Shown here: positions 16,103 to 18,875 of the stretch, one piece after another
Numbering within the stretch: the stretch's first letter is position 1
Layout of the letters: every line of letters starts with the position of its first letter
Source of the DNA: Escherichia coli
GTDB taxonomy: Bacteria; Pseudomonadota; Gammaproteobacteria; Enterobacterales; Enterobacteriaceae
Strand: one strand, 5' to 3'
NCBI RefSeq assembly: GCF_003334335.1
Contig: NZ_QOWQ01000056.1
Length of the DNA: 18,875 bases
Translations under genes and position numbers: made by a program
Notes under the pieces: generated by a model
Told to the model about the DNA's origin: nothing
The model's database searches: none
The model's input: only the letters and a program-made list of their open reading frames with translations

Positions 16103-17585
16103 GTTGATGACTCCTGAAAGTTAATGATGTTTTAAGCTCTGTGAACGAATTAATGCTTTCGCTCATAATCAGATCTAAAACGGTAATAACTTACAGACGG
16201 TATTTATCAGGCATGCTGTAGCAGAATGGATACGACGGGTTATTAACGATACGCAGCATTATGCAGAAAGAAATGGATTATCTGATGGTATTAGCTAAAG
16301 AGATGAGATAAACGAGGAGTAAAGAAAATACAGACTCAATAAAACATCACGAAATACTGCAAAATACGCGATAAAACACCACGACCAGAAGGTTAAGAAA
16401 CATATTGCGACCAATCACATCATAAACTACAAACTTGCTCTCAGTGGTTGTAAAAACCGAGTACAAGGCCAATGCAATAAACTTATATGTGCTCATTCAA
16501 TCTGTTCTTAAGGACATGAACATTCACGGCTCACGATAGCAGAATAAAAAATACCACTGACATGATTTTCATCCTGCATCTTAGATAATACAACCCAGAA
16601 CAAACATAATCAGGAATCTCTCCTGTCAATTCCATTGTTTATCCAGCTCTGTTAATCGTTACAGAATCATGGATACCTTATCAAAAAGTAAACATTCGGT
16701 TAATCAGTGATGACAGAGGAATTGATGTTCATCAGAATAGTTAAAACACTTCAGGTCAACAACAATCATCGTTAAGCAAATACGATTCATGATGGATAAG
16801 ATTAAAATCAATTGCTGTTGCAGTGAAGACTGATAACAGATGGATATCAGCAACAGCGTAGTAGAGAATAACTTATCTGAATATTATATGAGTTACAGTA
16901 GTTATGATTGAATGAAAGGGAAGTTGATATTGTGATAATGGCGACAAAAAAGATTAGAGAAGGACATGAGTGAGTAAAGACAGAGTGAATAAAGATAGAG
17001 ATTATTTAAAAAGGGAGTGAGTATAGTTGAATGAGAGTAAGAGTAATGGAATGTGTAAAAACAGAGAGTGAATATAATTATAGTAATAAACCTAAATTAA
17101 AGTCATCCATGTTTGATGAGTAAAAATAATGTCAGAAAATGAATTTGTTTGAAAATTTTTCTCAGAGATAACCGTTCTGATGCTCAACGAACTCAATAAA
17201 TTGGCTAAGTCAGGTTACCTCATCCACACTCTATTTATTTTTATAAGAACCAATCATTTTGATCACCTACCGAGACACATCAATTTAGTGATGCGATAGT
17301 ATTGTATTGGTTATATAGATATTTATCGTTGTTGCCAATGCCCGGATTATTGGCCTCCAGGTATTCTCTTTACTTACAAACTAATTTTGAAACAGAGGTC
17401 GCTCCATTTTAGGAGTAGAATCTATGTAAAAGTCTGCTATGAGTGAGGAGCGAAAGTTTGATTGTCCCTCTAGGCTAGCTAATGAAAAAACTGAATTTTG
17501 AGCATTATTGCACGATAATCTTAGAGGTTGGTTACAGAATGTTGTGATATGATCCTCGATCACTTTAACTCATTGAATTTAAATT

Positions 17586-18800
17586 ATGGACAGTGGATTC
17601 GTAGATCTCGATATACTTCTTACACGAATTAGGCATGCCCAGTCGAAAACATACTTTCTTGATGCCGTTAAGGCCTACAAAGCGGGCGCGTTGAGGGGGG
17701 CACTAACTTCCGCTTGGGTTGCTCTCGTCTACGATCTGATAGCCAAATATCGTGAGCTTAGTGCCATGGGCGATGCAGCAGCGACTGCATTTCTTAATAC
17801 TTGGGACAACGCGACTAAATCAGGTGACATCCCTAAACTTCTCCAACTTGAGGGGGGCATTCTTGAAGACGCAACGGCCAATGCTCAGGTAGTCAACCGG
17901 TTAGCCCGAACTCACTTAGACCGTCTTCGCGAGGATAGGCATCTTTGCGCGCATCCAGCATTCTCAGCAGAAGCAGATCTATTCGAACCTTCTCATGAGT
18001 TAGTGCGACTTCATTTAGTAAATGCTGTGGAATTCGTCCTATCGCAAGAACCTTTACAGGGAAAAGCAATATTCGAGTTATATGACGTTGATGTTCAATC
18101 GCCCGGTTTTCCTACGGACAGTAAACGCATTCTTGATTATGTAGAACAACGTTATCTTACTCGCGTACGCGCTCAGAATATCAGTAACTTCGGCACGATT
18201 CTCGCCAAATCACTTCTCAAAGGTGTGCCAGAACAATGGGAAACGCTTTATCACCAGATTATTACATCATTAGTCGCCGTACGAGACCGCGCCAGCATTG
18301 CTTGGCCAAACGTTTCACTGTCAATTGTTAGGCTTATTGATAATCTAGAACCACGACATCGGCCTAGAGCGATCGCATTTATTGCCGCATTTAATGAGTT
18401 TTGGATGCAGCTTCAGGAGCCAACGCGAACAGTCTTGCTAGAGACTATTGAAAATGCCAATCCAGAAAATATCACTGATTACCGTATTTTGACTGGTGTA
18501 ACTTTCGTACCGTTTCAAGCCTCGCTGCAAAGGCTAATAACGGGACTAACTCAACAGCAGTTGGCCTCAGCGATCATCTTTAACCCACTTGCTGAACTTT
18601 GGGATAAGGCAATAGAATACTATGCAGAATCAGGTAGCTGGCGTGGATCTGAGGGGAACTTTATTTCTCTCGTCATACCGTTTTCTGGCCGCCTTAGTCA
18701 GCAACAGTTCGACCAACTTCTAGATGCTATCATTTCCAATACGCAGAATTGGGATGCCGCTGAGACGCCTAAGCTTCTCCTAGGAATGCTCCGCAATTGA
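17586..18800 (+). CDS. Hypothetical protein, 404 aa, no family recognised; N-terminal region has a HEPN-like R-x5-H motif (RLREDRH)
   Basis: Long clean ORF with ATG at 17586 and stop TGA at 18798-18800 abutting the right inverted repeat; balanced, non-repetitive composition typical of a globular protein. No convincing Shine-Dalgarno. The HEPN suggestion rests on one short motif. Confidence 0.55.
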   Translation: MDSGFVDLDILLTRIRHAQSKTYFLDAVKAYKAGALRGALTSAWVALVYDLIAKYRELSAMGDAAATAFLNTWDNATKSGDIPKLLQLEGGILEDATANAQVVNRLARTHLDRLREDRHLCAHPAFSAEADLFEPSHELVRLHLVNAVEFVLSQEPLQGKAIFELYDVDVQSPGFPTDSKRILDYVEQRYLTRVRAQNISNFGTILAKSLLKGVPEQWETLYHQIITSLVAVRDRASIAWPNVSLSIVRLIDNLEPRHRPRAIAFIAAFNEFWMQLQEPTRTVLLETIENANPENITDYRILTGVTFVPFQASLQRLITGLTQQQLASAIIFNPLAELWDKAIEYYAESGSWRGSEGNFISLVIPFSGRLSQQQFDQLLDAIISNTQNWDAAETPKLLLGMLRN

Positions 18801-18875
18801 GCCTGTACATAGATTTGTGTAATTGCCTGATTTTGATATGTTCAATCCAGCATCAAATGAAGGTTAATTTATGGA
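18799..18875. repeat. Right copy of the perfect 77-bp terminal inverted repeat (partner at 1-77)
   Basis: Exact reverse complement of 1-77; its inner boundary overlaps the last 2 nt of the stop codon of the 404-aa ORF. Confidence 0.9.

Noticed and set aside
17381-17563. 60-aa minus-strand ORF just upstream of the 404-aa gene
   Set aside because: Minimal length in AT-rich non-coding DNA, antisense to the likely promoter region of the 404-aa gene, no RBS.
1-18875. CRISPR arrays, rRNA or tRNA genes
   Set aside because: No regularly spaced direct repeats with unique spacers and no tRNA-like or rRNA-like sequence were seen; the only repeats are the terminal inverted repeat, the 33-bp direct repeat and short tandem or palindromic motifs listed above.

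Overview
This window looks like an Escherichia coli-type siderophore-microcin (class IIb) genomic island, about 13.6 kb (roughly 431-14072), set in a GC-richer island backbone. The core is the microcin H47 gene set on the minus strand: mchX-mchI-mchB (the 75-aa H47 precursor), mchC/mchD (MceJ/MceI-like maturation enzymes), and mchE/mchF (HlyD-family fusion protein plus C39-peptidase ABC exporter). It also carries the salmochelin-type tailoring genes mchA (IroB-like glycosyltransferase) and mchS1 (IroD-like esterase), plus a second immunity/microcin pair (mchS3/mchS2, I47-like) and mchS4. Downstream of mchF sits a third module I could not match from memory to any characterized microcin: a 107-aa double-glycine-leader, Gly/Ser-rich precursor (2737-3060) with a tightly coupled small hydrophobic ORF just upstream, a CPBP-family intramembrane protease and a 156-aa membrane protein behind a strong Fur-box-like site. 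The AT-rich microcin block is bracketed by an imperfect 33-bp direct repeat (398-430 and 14073-14105). To the right are an AlpA-family regulator, two tandem inovirus-Gp2-family paralogs, a 1.5-kb ORF-free AT-rich stretch and a 404-aa protein of unknown function. The two window ends are a perfect 77-bp inverted repeat (1-77 and 18799-18875). No rRNA, tRNA or CRISPR array was recognised. All family assignments are from reading the translations and from memory of these families; no database search was run.
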